From the NCBI GenBank assembly GCA_035504595.1, contig DATJRQ010000018.1:80143-144142 (forward strand): a stretch of 64,000 nt of DNA. Reading direction: 5' to 3'. The first letter of the stretch is position 1, and each line of letters starts with the position of its first letter. The notes below the pieces were generated by a model. The model was not told where the DNA came from and made no database searches. It was given only the letters and a program-made list of their open reading frames with translations. Position numbers and translations under genes: made by a program. This DNA comes from Thermoplasmata archaeon. Its GTDB lineage: Archaea; Thermoplasmatota; Thermoplasmata; Lutacidiplasmatales; UBA184. Positions 27,484-37,457 of the stretch are shown piece after piece.

Positions 27484-30400
27484 GTGAGCCTTCGTTTGGG
27501 CAGCTCCCCACGTACCGGGGATGCCGCGCGTGCCCCCCGGAACTGGACAAAAGCGGCCCTCGCGTCCGCGGTCGTGCTGGTCATGGTGCTGAGCACCGCG
27601 TCGCTGTTCGCGGTGCCGACCGCCGCCCCGGGGATGGCGACCTCCCCCCTCGCTCCCGTTGCTCCCGGCGGACACGCCGCCGCGGCGGTCCAGCCGGCCG
27701 CGGGTCCGACGCACTCCGACCTGATCATCACCTCGGGCGAGACGTACACCATCGCCCCCGGAGCACCCACCATCTTCCCCGTCCCGTACTTCCAGGGCGG
27801 GAACATCACGGTTCAATCGGGCGGGACGCTCATCGTCCAGGACGTCAATCTCACGTTCGTCCAGTTCGTCGGCAGCAACGGTAGCCTCGCCCAGCGTCTC
27901 TCGCACATCTACCAGTTCACGAACTTCGGTACGGTCGAGATCCAGAACTCGACGATCACCACGGACACGTTCGTGCTCAGCCCGTTCGTCAAGCTCGACC
28001 TCGTCAACGAAGGAACGTTCACGGCGTGGAACACGTCGTTCGCCTTCCCCGGATGGATCGACAACACCGGCGCCGGCGCGTCGTTCACCCTGAACCGGTC
28101 GGTCGTCGAGGCGAATCCGTTCGTCCCCGAGATGCAGGAACCCCTCGCGATCCTGGGGGACACCGCCTACGCCGCCAGCATCTACACGACCGACGGCGCC
28201 CACTTCTACCTGTTCAACAGCTCGCTGAACAACACCTACGCCGACAACACGCTCCTCTACGGGAGTCCGGGTCCGGCGCCGCTGAGCGCCACGAGTGTCA
28301 CGCTCCCCGGCGACGCGAGCAACCTCCTCTCCACGCCGACCGATGTGGCGAACCTGACGCTGGACTACCTGTACAACGGGATCGGCACCGGGGCGGGCTA
28401 TGGCGTCGCCGGCGGCTACGTCATCGCGGACTACAACAACTCCCTCGCCGAATCGAACTACACCGCGAGCGTCGAGTACCAGGGGATCACCTACCCCATC
28501 GCCGGCGTGTTCAACTTCCAGGGCGGCGCCAGCGGTGCCTCGATCGAGTTCGCCCTCCCCACCGCGCTCATTGACGCGATCAACGCCGGGGGGATGTTCG
28601 AGTACCTCACGCAGACGTGCTCGTTCGGTGTCACCGCCGGCTGCGGCATCTATCTCAACTTCACGGCGCTCGCGGGCGCGGGTCCGGTCACGCTTAACCC
28701 GGCCGAGATCCTGCTCGAGGCGGCCGCACAGTACAACGCCTACGCGAACGACTCCACCGTCGTCGCGGTGAACTCCGCACTCGACCTGCAGTGGAACCCG
28801 CCCCCCGCGACCTCGTACTCGAAGTCGTACCCGTACCCCTGGAGCTCGAACCTGTTCTACCTCGTGAACGGTTCGACGGCGTACCTCGCGAACGTGTCGG
28901 TGCCGAACAGCTACACCGCGTACGACCAGTCCGCGTTCGTTCCGGACGCGACCAGCGTGGTCAACGTCTACCGGTGGGCCCAGTTCAATCTGTACAACCT
29001 GACCCTCGTCGACGGGTCGCTCGAACCGGAGGCCGTCGCCGGTGCGGCCGCCACGGCGTACTACGCCTACAACAGCGACCAGTACAGCAACTCCACCGCG
29101 AACGCCCTCAACAACCTCGCCGGGCTCGGGCTCCCCGCGCTCACGGGGTACGTCAACTTCTACGACGGCGAGCACGGAGTGTCGAAGTATGGCGTTTCCA
29201 ACTCGCTCGGCCAGGCGTACGTCCTGCTCGCCTCGAGCCAGCTCGATACCGACATCACCCTGCCGGACGGGTACTTCCTCGGGGCCTACAACGTCGCCTT
29301 CACCGTCCCGTATGTGGCGAACGCGACTTGGGCGCACGCGTCGGTTACGGCGTATCCGGAAGGCGTCGCGCTCGGTACGACCGGCTTCGGGAACTCCGAC
29401 CACCACTCGGTCCAGGTCCCGCTGCCGCCGCCCTCGGTGAAGCTCACGAACCTTCAGATCGTTGACGTCCCCTCGGGCGGCGAGCTGATCCTCACCAACT
29501 CCTACACCACCTCCGGCAATCTGACCATCAACGGGCCCGGCTACGCGTCGATCGTGATCCAGGCGACCCCGGTCGGCAGCGTGATCGGGGGCGGCTCCAC
29601 GGTCAATGTGGCGGAGGACGCCGACGTCGCGAACGGCTCGTTCGATATCGCATGGAACTCGCTCGTGGGGGTCCTCTCCCCGGGCACGACGTACCAGGTC
29701 ACGGCGTCGGCCACGTACAAGACGGCCGCCGACAACCAGGTCACGGTGGGCACTCCGCCCGGCACCTACAGCGTCCCGTCGAGCCCGTCCGCGGTCGGCT
29801 TCCTCTACCAGAAGCTCCTGGGCCTGCCACTCTGGGTATGGATCGCGATCGCCGCCGCGATCGTCATCGGCCTCGTTGCCGCGCTGCTCGTTACCCGGCG
29901 CCAGGCCGCGGGCAAGCTCGTCGAGTGCGGCGAATGCGGGGAGCTCATTCCCGAGGACGCCACCGTATGTCCGAAGTGCGGGGCGCAGTTCGAGACCGAG
30001 CTCGTGCGGTGCAGCCGTTGTTCGTCCACGATCCCCGCGAACTCCCAGTTCTGTCCGGAGTGCGGCGCGCAGCTGCTCGGCAAGCCGGGCGAAGGCGCGT
30101 CCGACCCGGAGCGCCAGGCCTACGCGGACTTCACGGAGAAGTACCGGGCCGAGGGGAAGAAGGAGCTCGGCGACAACTACACCGAGAGCGCCTTCTGGGA
30201 CTGGTGGAAGCGCCAGCCGACGTACGTTCCGTTCAGCCAGTGGAAGGCCCAGCAGAACAAGGGGGCCCCGCGGGCCGGCATGAGCGCTCCGCCGGCGGGT
30301 ACGGAGAGCGTGCCGCCGGCCACCTCGGCCACGACGGACGCGAACATGGCCGCGACGCCGCCTCCAACTTCCGCGCCCGGAGCCCCGCCGACGACGGGAA

Positions 30401-30525
30401 TGGCGGCTCCGCCGACCCCTCCCCCCTCCGCGGGCGCGACGGGACTCAAGCCGTGCCCGAACTGCGGCAAGGAGATCCCGCCGGAGTACCTGGTCTGTCC
30501 GTTCTGCGGCGCGGTGACCCAGTAG
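27484..30525 (+). CDS. large cell-surface (S-layer-like?) glycoprotein candidate: signal anchor, ~800-aa sequon-rich ectodomain, one TM helix, cytoplasmic tail with three zinc ribbons
   Basis: Track ORF 27418..30525 (longest start ATG 27418; GTG 27484 preferred). N-terminal hydrophobic AALASAVVLVMVLSTASLFAV and about 20 N-x-S/T sequons by hand count. TM helix LWVWIAIAAAIVIGLVAALLV is followed by CGECG..CPKCG, CSRCS..CPECG and a terminal CPNCG..CPFCG. Confidence 0.75.
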   Translation: MSLRLGSSPRTGDAARAPRNWTKAALASAVVLVMVLSTASLFAVPTAAPGMATSPLAPVAPGGHAAAAVQPAAGPTHSDLIITSGETYTIAPGAPTIFPVPYFQGGNITVQSGGTLIVQDVNLTFVQFVGSNGSLAQRLSHIYQFTNFGTVEIQNSTITTDTFVLSPFVKLDLVNEGTFTAWNTSFAFPGWIDNTGAGASFTLNRSVVEANPFVPEMQEPLAILGDTAYAASIYTTDGAHFYLFNSSLNNTYADNTLLYGSPGPAPLSATSVTLPGDASNLLSTPTDVANLTLDYLYNGIGTGAGYGVAGGYVIADYNNSLAESNYTASVEYQGITYPIAGVFNFQGGASGASIEFALPTALIDAINAGGMFEYLTQTCSFGVTAGCGIYLNFTALAGAGPVTLNPAEILLEAAAQYNAYANDSTVVAVNSALDLQWNPPPATSYSKSYPYPWSSNLFYLVNGSTAYLANVSVPNSYTAYDQSAFVPDATSVVNVYRWAQFNLYNLTLVDGSLEPEAVAGAAATAYYAYNSDQYSNSTANALNNLAGLGLPALTGYVNFYDGEHGVSKYGVSNSLGQAYVLLASSQLDTDITLPDGYFLGAYNVAFTVPYVANATWAHASVTAYPEGVALGTTGFGNSDHHSVQVPLPPPSVKLTNLQIVDVPSGGELILTNSYTTSGNLTINGPGYASIVIQATPVGSVIGGGSTVNVAEDADVANGSFDIAWNSLVGVLSPGTTYQVTASATYKTAADNQVTVGTPPGTYSVPSSPSAVGFLYQKLLGLPLWVWIAIAAAIVIGLVAALLVTRRQAAGKLVECGECGELIPEDATVCPKCGAQFETELVRCSRCSSTIPANSQFCPECGAQLLGKPGEGASDPERQAYADFTEKYRAEGKKELGDNYTESAFWDWWKRQPTYVPFSQWKAQQNKGAPRAGMSAPPAGTESVPPATSATTDANMAATPPPTSAPGAPPTTGMAAPPTPPPSAGATGLKPCPNCGKEIPPEYLVCPFCGAVTQ

Positions 30526-30606
30526 TCGCGAGCGCCCAAGCGCCGGTCCCGCCGTTCCGGTCCCCGAATCCTTAAGCGCCGCCGGGCCTCGGAGCCCCGG
30601 TTCCGC

Positions 30607-31839
30607 ATGGCCGGCGACGTCGAACGGGGCCGGCAGAAGGTCGAGTGGGCCCGGACCCACATGCCGGTGCTCGAAGGGATCCGGCGACGGTTCGAGACGG
30701 AGTTGCCGTTCCGGGGCCTTACGCTCTCGCTCGTGCTGCACGTGGAGGCCAAGACCGCCGCCCTCGCCCTCGCGCTCTCGGCCGGCGGGGGGGACGTCCA
30801 CCTGGCCGCCGGCAACCCGCTCTCGACCGACGACGACGCGGTCGCGGCGCTCCGCGAGGAGGGGCTGGACACCTGGGCCGAGAAGGGCGAGTCGGTGGCG
30901 GCGTACCACGCCGGCATCCGCGCGATGCTCGATGTCGACCCGGACGTGATCGTGGACGACGGGGCGGACCTCGTGGCCCTCGTCCACTCGACCCGGAGGG
31001 ACCGCGGGAAGGTCCGGGGGTCGACCGAGGAGACCACTACCGGCGTCACGCGCCTGCGGGCGCTCGAGAAGACCGGAACGCTCCTCTTCCCCGCGATCGA
31101 CGTCAACGACGCCGACATGAAGCATCTGTTCGACAACCGGTACGGGACCGGGCAGTCCACCCTCGAGGGGATCCTGACCGCGACGAACCTGCTCATCCCG
31201 AGCAAGGTGTGCGTCGTCGCCGGCTACGGCTGGTGCGGCAAGGGGGTCGCTGCGCGGCTCAGCGGGTTGGGGGGCGACGTGGTCGTCACCGAGGTCGACC
31301 CGGTGCGCGCCCTCGAAGCCCGCATGGACGGTTTCCGGGTGATGCCGATGCTGGACGCCGCCCGCATCGCCGACCTGATCGTCACCGTCACCGGGAACAC
31401 GCACATCGTCCGCGAGGAGCATTTCCGCGTTCTCAAGGACGGATGCCTCCTCGCGAACGCGGGGCACTTCGACGTCGAGGTCTCTCGGACCGACCTGGAA
31501 GGGCTCGCGGTGGCGCACCGGACCGTCCGGCCGCAGGTCGAGGAGTACCGGTTCGCCGACGGGCGCCGGACCTACCTGCTGGGCGAGGGGCGGCTCATCA
31601 ACCTCGCCGCCGGCCAGGGACACCCGGTCGAGATCATGGACCTCTCGTTCGCCCTGCAGGCGCTCAGCGCCGAGCACATCGCTCGGCACGGGCGGGAGAT
31701 GGCGCTCCGCGTCCACCCGGTGCCGGCGGCGCTCGACCGCTCGGTCGCGATGGCGGCGCTCCCGTCGATGGGGGTCCGGATCGACGAGCCGACCGAGGCG
31801 CAGAAGAGATACGCGGCCGAGTGGAAGGGGGGAACGTAG
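30607..31839 (+). CDS. ahcY: adenosylhomocysteinase
   Basis: Track ORF with N-terminus KVEWARTHMPVL, HVEAKTA, TTTGV and NAD fold VAGYGWCGKGVA. Confidence 0.95.
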   Translation: MAGDVERGRQKVEWARTHMPVLEGIRRRFETELPFRGLTLSLVLHVEAKTAALALALSAGGGDVHLAAGNPLSTDDDAVAALREEGLDTWAEKGESVAAYHAGIRAMLDVDPDVIVDDGADLVALVHSTRRDRGKVRGSTEETTTGVTRLRALEKTGTLLFPAIDVNDADMKHLFDNRYGTGQSTLEGILTATNLLIPSKVCVVAGYGWCGKGVAARLSGLGGDVVVTEVDPVRALEARMDGFRVMPMLDAARIADLIVTVTGNTHIVREEHFRVLKDGCLLANAGHFDVEVSRTDLEGLAVAHRTVRPQVEEYRFADGRRTYLLGEGRLINLAAGQGHPVEIMDLSFALQALSAEHIARHGREMALRVHPVPAALDRSVAMAALPSMGVRIDEPTEAQKRYAAEWKGGT

Positions 31840-31844
31840 GGACG

Positions 31845-32246
31845 ATGCCCGAAGCGGGAATTCCGAGCGAACTGCGGTACACGAAGAGCCACGAATGGGT
31901 CCGGATCGAGGGCGACACGCTGACGGTCGGGATCACCGACCACGCGCAGTCGGAGCTCACGGACATCGTGTACGTCGACCTGACGCTCAAGTCGAAGGAC
32001 GTGACGGCGGGCGCGTCGGTGCTCGTCCTCGAGTCCGTGAAGACGGTCGCCGACATTTACGCCCCAGCGAGCGGTACCGTGACGGCGGTGAACACCGAGT
32101 TGAAACCGCACCCCGACTACGTGAACCGGTACCCGTACGCCGAGGGGTGGATCTTCAAGATGAAGCCGGCGCCCGGCTTCGACCCGGCCACGCTCCTGAC
32201 CCCCGATCAGTACCGGGAGTTCCTCGCGAGCGGCGGCGAGGCGTAG
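31845..32246 (+). CDS. gcvH: glycine cleavage system protein H (lipoyl carrier)
   Basis: Last 133 codons of track ORF 30645..32246, from ATG 31845. YTKSHEWV, the lipoyl-lysine context LESVKTVADIYAP and EGWIFK are present. Confidence 0.9.
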   Translation: MPEAGIPSELRYTKSHEWVRIEGDTLTVGITDHAQSELTDIVYVDLTLKSKDVTAGASVLVLESVKTVADIYAPASGTVTAVNTELKPHPDYVNRYPYAEGWIFKMKPAPGFDPATLLTPDQYREFLASGGEA

Positions 32247-32249
32247 GGG

Positions 32250-34157
32250 CTACTTCCCTTCGAAGTTCGGCCGGCGACGTTCGAGGAACGCGCGCATCCC
32301 CTCGGTCCGGTCGCGGGTGCTGAACGTGTGCCCGGCGGACTCCGCCTCGATGTGGAGCGCGCTCGACGTCGACGCGTCCGCCCCGCGGTCGACAACCTGC
32401 TTCACCCACCGCACCGCGAGCGGGGCGTTCGACGCGATCATCTCGGCGATCGCCGCGGCCTCTTCGCGGGCGCGTCCGGCGGGAACGACCTTGGCGACGA
32501 TCCCGAGCCGGAACGCTTCCTGCGCGTCCACCCGCATCCCGGTGAAGACGAGCATCTTCGTGCGGGCGCGTCCGATGATCCGGGTGAGCCGGGTCGCGCC
32601 CCCCATCCCCGGATGGATCCCGAGGGTGACCTCGGGGAGGCCGAGCATCGCCCCGTCCGCGGCGACGATGAAGTCCGCGGCGAGGGCCAGCTCAAGCCCG
32701 CCGCCGAAGGCGTACCCTTCGACCAGCGCGATCACCGGTGTCGGGAATCGCTCGACCCGCTCGGCGACCCGCTGGCCCAGGAATCCGAAATCGACCCCCT
32801 CGGCGAGCGTCTTCTTCGACATTTCGTCGATGTCCGCGCCCGCGGCGAACACCGGTGAGGAACCCGCGAGCACGACCGCGCGGAGCCCCGGGGATCCCTC
32901 GAGGTCCCGGAACGTCGCGTCGATCTGGCCGAGCAGCTCGGAGTTGAGGGAGTTCAGAACCTCGGGGCGGTCCATCAGGACCCAGGCGATCGGCCCGTCC
33001 CGCTCCACGCGGACCAAGCGGAGCGGCCAGGTCCGGTCGCCTCGCGCCGCCCGGTCGCGAAGCTCCTGGGCCACGGGGAAGTTCCCGGGCCAGCGCTTCG
33101 CGTACCGTTCCACGAGCTCGAGCCCTTCGGCGAGGCCGCCGCTCGATAGCTGAGCGAACGGTCCCCACGAGCGGCGAAGTCCGACCGTCGCGCCGCGGTC
33201 GGTCGCCTCGGGCGACGCGACCCCCTCCTCGACCAACCGGGCCGCGATCCCGATCGTGAGGCCCAGGAGCCGCTCGCGTACCGCGAGCTTTTTCGCGGGC
33301 TCGACGGCGAACTCCTTCCACGCCCACGGCTGGCCGCTTCGGAACTGGGTCTCGAGCAGTTTCGACGGGGCGTACGCGGGTCCGAACGCTCGAGCGAGCG
33401 ATGTCTCGGCGTGGAACGCGATCGCGATACCGGTGACGTTCATCAGCTCGAACGGCCCCAGGGTGGCGCCGAACAGCTCCCGCCCGACCTCCTCGATCGT
33501 CGCGAGGTTCGCGACGTTCTCCTCGGCGAGCCGGGTCGACTCGTTCAGGTACGGGACGAAGAATCGGTTGACGCAGAAACCGGCCGCATCGGCGGTCTCG
33601 ATCGGGATCTTGCGCAGGAGGTAGCAGAACCGTTCCAGCTCGCGGAGGATCGCCGGCTCCGTCGACGTCCCCCCGATGATCTCGACGAGCTTGTTGATCG
33701 CGGCGGGGTAGAAGAAGTGGAGACCGGCGAACCGGCCCGGGTGGGGGAAACCGTCCGCGAGCGCCGTCACGGAGAGCGACGAAGTGTTCGTGGCGACGAC
33801 CGTTTCCGGGGGGACGAGGGGCGCGATCTCCTCGAAGAGCTTCTTCTTGACCGATTCGTCCTCGAAGACCGCCTCGACGACGAGGACCGTCCCCGTAACC
33901 GCTTCCGCGAGGTCGGTCGTGAACGTGACCCGTCCGAGGATCTCGTCGCGCTTGGCCGGGGTGAGCTTCTTGCGCTCGACCGCGCCCGTCAGCATCTTCT
34001 CCATCAGCGAACGACCCCGTTGGATCGCCGGAGCGTCGACATCCCGCACGCGCACGGTGAATCCGGCCTGAGCGCACGCCTGGGCAATGCCGCTCCCCAT
34101 GTTCCCGCCGCCGAGGACGGCGATGACGGCGGGCGGGCGCAGGGACGGAGGTGCCAT
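32250..34157 (-). CDS. fused 3-hydroxyacyl-CoA dehydrogenase / enoyl-CoA hydratase
   Basis: Track ORF with N-terminal NAD fold VLGGGNMGSGIA (HADH). The C-terminal crotonase domain carries FAAGADI. Confidence 0.9.
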   Translation of the reverse strand: MAPPSLRPPAVIAVLGGGNMGSGIAQACAQAGFTVRVRDVDAPAIQRGRSLMEKMLTGAVERKKLTPAKRDEILGRVTFTTDLAEAVTGTVLVVEAVFEDESVKKKLFEEIAPLVPPETVVATNTSSLSVTALADGFPHPGRFAGLHFFYPAAINKLVEIIGGTSTEPAILRELERFCYLLRKIPIETADAAGFCVNRFFVPYLNESTRLAEENVANLATIEEVGRELFGATLGPFELMNVTGIAIAFHAETSLARAFGPAYAPSKLLETQFRSGQPWAWKEFAVEPAKKLAVRERLLGLTIGIAARLVEEGVASPEATDRGATVGLRRSWGPFAQLSSGGLAEGLELVERYAKRWPGNFPVAQELRDRAARGDRTWPLRLVRVERDGPIAWVLMDRPEVLNSLNSELLGQIDATFRDLEGSPGLRAVVLAGSSPVFAAGADIDEMSKKTLAEGVDFGFLGQRVAERVERFPTPVIALVEGYAFGGGLELALAADFIVAADGAMLGLPEVTLGIHPGMGGATRLTRIIGRARTKMLVFTGMRVDAQEAFRLGIVAKVVPAGRAREEAAAIAEMIASNAPLAVRWVKQVVDRGADASTSSALHIEAESAGHTFSTRDRTEGMRAFLERRRPNFEGK

Positions 34158-34209
34158 CGATCCACTCCGGGAGGCAGCGCCCCCCGGACGGCGGAGCAGG
34201 GTCGCTCCG

Positions 34210-34217
34210 ATATAATT
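34210..34217 (-). promoter_or_regulatory. TATA-like box (ATATAATT) in divergent spacer, probably for the 32250..34157 gene
   Basis: Only A/T octamer in the spacer, 53-60 nt from ATG 34157. A GGAG lies about 12 nt before that ATG on the minus strand. Confidence 0.35.
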
Positions 34218-34245
34218 CTGGCCCTCGCGTCGCCCGCCGGGCGAG

Positions 34246-34259
34246 CTCCCTTAAGGGAG
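34246..34259. promoter_or_regulatory. perfect 14-nt palindrome CTCCCTTAAGGGAG (TTAA core) upstream of the GNAT gene
   Basis: The TTAA core lies 24-27 nt upstream of ATG 34278. It could be a TATA surrogate, an operator, or both. Confidence 0.35.
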
Positions 34260-34277
34260 AACGCCTCCTGACGTTGC

Positions 34278-35117
34278 ATGCGCGCGGCGAACTCCCTCGA
34301 GGTCGAAGCCGCGCTCGACTCCGAACGGCAGTTCGTGCTTACGCTGGGGGGCCTCGCGCTCGAGATCGCCGGCGCGACCCTCGTCACCCACGAAAAGTTG
34401 CCGGTCCCGCGGTTCAATTTCGTGCAGGAGCTCGGGGTGGGGCGCGAGCGACAGAGCGCGTTCTTCGAGCGCGCGCTCGACCACTACTTCCAACGCGCGC
34501 TCCGGCCCACCTTTCGGGTTCCGACGCCGGTCGCGCCGCACGTCGACGCCGGCCTTCGGCGTTTCGGCTTCCGACCCCGGGCCGCTCCGCTGGTCCTGAT
34601 GCTCGACGCCCCCGCCCGTCGTACCACCGAAACCCCCTCGGGGACCGTTCGGCCCGCGGAGCCCGCCGAGGTCGACCTGGTCGCCTCGTTCTGGACCGCG
34701 GAGCGGGAGCGGCCCGAGTTTCGGGCGGCGCTCGAGGTCGCCTGGAGCCACCCGAACCCGCACGAGCGGCTCCAGCCCCTGCTCGCCGAACGGGACGGCG
34801 AGGTGGTGGCAGCCGCCATCGTCTACCGCTACCGGACCGCGGCCGGAATCCACGCGGTCGCGACCCGACCCGCCGCCCGTGGCCACGGCGCCGCCTCCGA
34901 ACTGGTCGGATATGCCCTCGCCGCGGACCCGGTCGGGGCGGGGTTGCGCTACTCGATCTTCTCCGACTCGGCCCGGCTCGAGCACCGACTCGCGACCCTG
35001 GGGTTCGCGGCGGCGCGGGAGTTTCGGGAGTACGAGCTGCCCGCGGACGCGCAGTTGGCGTTCCCCCCCGCCGGGCCGGCGAGCGGCCCCCGGTGGCGGC
35101 CCCCGCGGGCTCCTTAG
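34278..35117 (+). CDS. GNAT-family N-acetyltransferase (tentative)
   Basis: Track ORF whose C-terminal half has a GNAT motif-A-like IHAVATRPAARGHGAASELV. The N-terminal half is unassigned. Confidence 0.55.
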   Translation: MRAANSLEVEAALDSERQFVLTLGGLALEIAGATLVTHEKLPVPRFNFVQELGVGRERQSAFFERALDHYFQRALRPTFRVPTPVAPHVDAGLRRFGFRPRAAPLVLMLDAPARRTTETPSGTVRPAEPAEVDLVASFWTAERERPEFRAALEVAWSHPNPHERLQPLLAERDGEVVAAAIVYRYRTAAGIHAVATRPAARGHGAASELVGYALAADPVGAGLRYSIFSDSARLEHRLATLGFAAAREFREYELPADAQLAFPPAGPASGPRWRPPRAP

Positions 35118-37453
35118 GTCGGCAGGCGGCGCAGGCTCGAGAGCTTCATGCGCTGCTCGAGCGACGCGATCGTGCGGATCGTGGTGACCACGGTGTCGGC
35201 GTTCAGCGAGATCGAGTCGATGCCTTCCCGGACGAGGAACTCGGCGAACTCCGGGTAGACGCTCGGCCCCTGCCCACAGATCCCCACGGTCCGGCCCTCG
35301 GCGTGGGCGCCGTCGATCAAGATCTGGATCGCGCGCTGCACGGCGGGGTCGCGCTCGTCGAAGTATCCCATGCGGCCCAGCGTCTCGGAATCCCGGTCGG
35401 CGCCCAGGACGAGCTGGGTGAGGTCGTTCGACCCGATGGAGAAGCCGTCGCAGTGTTTCGAGAACTCGCGGACCTGGAAGACGATGGAGGGGACTTCCGC
35501 CATGAGGTACAGCTGGAAGTCGCGGGACCGCCGCAGTCCCTGGGCTTTCATCATCTCGGCGATCTCCTCCAGCTCCCAGGTGTTGCGGACGAACGGCAAC
35601 ATCACCATCGCGTTCTTGAGACCCATCTCGGTCCGAACCCGGTGGATCGCCTCGAGCTCGCACAGGAACGCGGGTCGGTACACGGGAGAGATGTAGCGCG
35701 AGCAGCCGCGCCAGCCGATCATCGGGTTCTCCTCGACCGGCTCGAACTCCTCTCCGCCGGGCATGCCGCGGTACTCGTTCGTCTTGAAGTCGGAGGTTCG
35801 GATGATCACCGGCCGGGGCGCGAACGCCTGGCACACCTTGCCGATGCCGTCTGTGAGGCGCTTGACGAGCTCGTCCTTCTTCCCCTTCTTCAGGAGCGCG
35901 AGCGGGTGCTCGCGCACGTGGGCCGTGAAGATGAACTCGATCCGCAGCAGCCCGACGCCCGACACGGGCAGGCGCGAGTACTCCTCGGCCTTCTCGGGAA
36001 CGCCGACATTGACGTAGATCTTCGTGGCGGTCACGGGCACCCCTTCGTGGCCAAAGCCGCCCGAGGTCGCCGCCATCGCCACCGGTCCCGCCGCACCGGA
36101 CGGCTTGCCTCGCTGGACGATACCGCGGAACACGACGCCGGCCTTCCCGTCGACGGTCACTCCCGTGCCGTCGGCGATGAGCTTCGTCGCCTCGCGGGTC
36201 CCAACGACGCACGGAACTCCGAGCTCGCGCGAGACGATCGCCGCGTGGCAGGTCATTCCGCCCTCGTCCGTGACGATCGCCGCGGCCTGCGACATCGCCG
36301 GCACCATGTCCGGCGTGGTCATCGAAGTGACGAGCACTTCGCCGGCTTTCAGCTTGTCCATTTCGGCCGAACCGTGGAGGATCCTCGCGACCCCGGACGC
36401 GACCCCGGGGCTCGCGCCGAACCCTCGAAGGATAGGGGTTTCCTCCCCCCCGCCCGCGGCGGGCTCGGCCGGGTGGCCGCCGGCGGACGCCGTGGAAGTA
36501 GGGATGGTGGTCACGGGCCTCGCTTGCACAATGTACAACCCTTCTCGGTCGCCGCACCACTCGACATCCATCGGGCGGCGATAATGGGACTCGATGAGCC
36601 GGGCGAGCGAGACGAGCCGCGAGAGCCGGTGGTCCGAGAGCTTTTGGGCGCTCCGCTCGTCCGCGGGTACTGCCTCCCGCCGATTGCCGCCGTTCTCATC
36701 GCGCACCAGACGAATCTTCTGCTCGGATATCTGTTTGTGGACGAGCTTCTGGGTCGCGCCGTCGATGACGTAGTGGTCCGGGGTCACCTCGCCTCCGACG
36801 ATCGCCTCGCCGAGCCCCCAGCCCGCCTCGATGATCATGTGGTTCTCCCCGGTGTTCGGGTCGCGGGTGAACAGGATGCCGCTGACGGTCGCGTCGACCA
36901 TCTTCTGCACGAGGACCGCGAGCTTGACGTTCGAGTGATCGAACCCCTTCTTCTGCCGGTAGACGAGCACGCGCGGGGTGAACAGCGACCCCCAGCAGCG
37001 GCGCACGCCCTCGAGGATCGCATCGACGCCGGCGACGTTGAGATACGTGTCCTGAAGTCCGGCGAACGAGGCGTTCTCCATGTCCTCGAGCGTCGCGCTC
37101 GACCGGACCGCGGAGAACCGGACCGCGTGCAGGCGGGCGTAGCGTTCGTAGGCATCGGCGAGGGTCTTGCGAAGCCCCGGCGGGAACTCGGTCGCCTCGA
37201 ACGCCGATCGGATCCGCTTCGACGCCGCGTCGAACGTTTCGGGCTGCTCGGGTCGGATCGTCCCGAGGGCTGCCGGGATCTCGGTCCGCAGGATCGTCCC
37301 CTGGACGAACTCGGTGTACGCGTCGGTCGTGACCACGAACCCCGGCGGCACCGGGAGGCCCTGGCGGATCATCTCCCCGAGCTTACCGGCCTTCCCGCCG
37401 ACGAGTGCGATCTCCGCGTCCGAGACGTCCTGGAGGTCGACCGTCAACGGCAT
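35114..37453 (-). CDS. ppsA: phosphoenolpyruvate synthase (pyruvate, water dikinase)
   Basis: Track ORF 35114..37561(-), start ATG 37453 (MPLTVDLQDV...VGGKAGKLGEM). The phosphohistidine region GGMTCHAAIVSRELG and a C-terminal PEP-utilising TIM domain are present. Confidence 0.95.
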   Translation of the reverse strand: MPLTVDLQDVSDAEIALVGGKAGKLGEMIRQGLPVPPGFVVTTDAYTEFVQGTILRTEIPAALGTIRPEQPETFDAASKRIRSAFEATEFPPGLRKTLADAYERYARLHAVRFSAVRSSATLEDMENASFAGLQDTYLNVAGVDAILEGVRRCWGSLFTPRVLVYRQKKGFDHSNVKLAVLVQKMVDATVSGILFTRDPNTGENHMIIEAGWGLGEAIVGGEVTPDHYVIDGATQKLVHKQISEQKIRLVRDENGGNRREAVPADERSAQKLSDHRLSRLVSLARLIESHYRRPMDVEWCGDREGLYIVQARPVTTIPTSTASAGGHPAEPAAGGGEETPILRGFGASPGVASGVARILHGSAEMDKLKAGEVLVTSMTTPDMVPAMSQAAAIVTDEGGMTCHAAIVSRELGVPCVVGTREATKLIADGTGVTVDGKAGVVFRGIVQRGKPSGAAGPVAMAATSGGFGHEGVPVTATKIYVNVGVPEKAEEYSRLPVSGVGLLRIEFIFTAHVREHPLALLKKGKKDELVKRLTDGIGKVCQAFAPRPVIIRTSDFKTNEYRGMPGGEEFEPVEENPMIGWRGCSRYISPVYRPAFLCELEAIHRVRTEMGLKNAMVMLPFVRNTWELEEIAEMMKAQGLRRSRDFQLYLMAEVPSIVFQVREFSKHCDGFSIGSNDLTQLVLGADRDSETLGRMGYFDERDPAVQRAIQILIDGAHAEGRTVGICGQGPSVYPEFAEFLVREGIDSISLNADTVVTTIRTIASLEQRMKLSSLRRLPT

Positions 37454-37457
37454 CGGG

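Noticed and set aside
27010-31716. 1568-aa minus-strand ORF, the longest in the track
   Set aside because: It is extremely Arg/Gly/Pro/Asp/Val-rich and low in complexity. It lies antisense to three well-supported plus-strand genes (surface protein, ahcY, part of the MDR gene). This is a typical GC-bias artefact.
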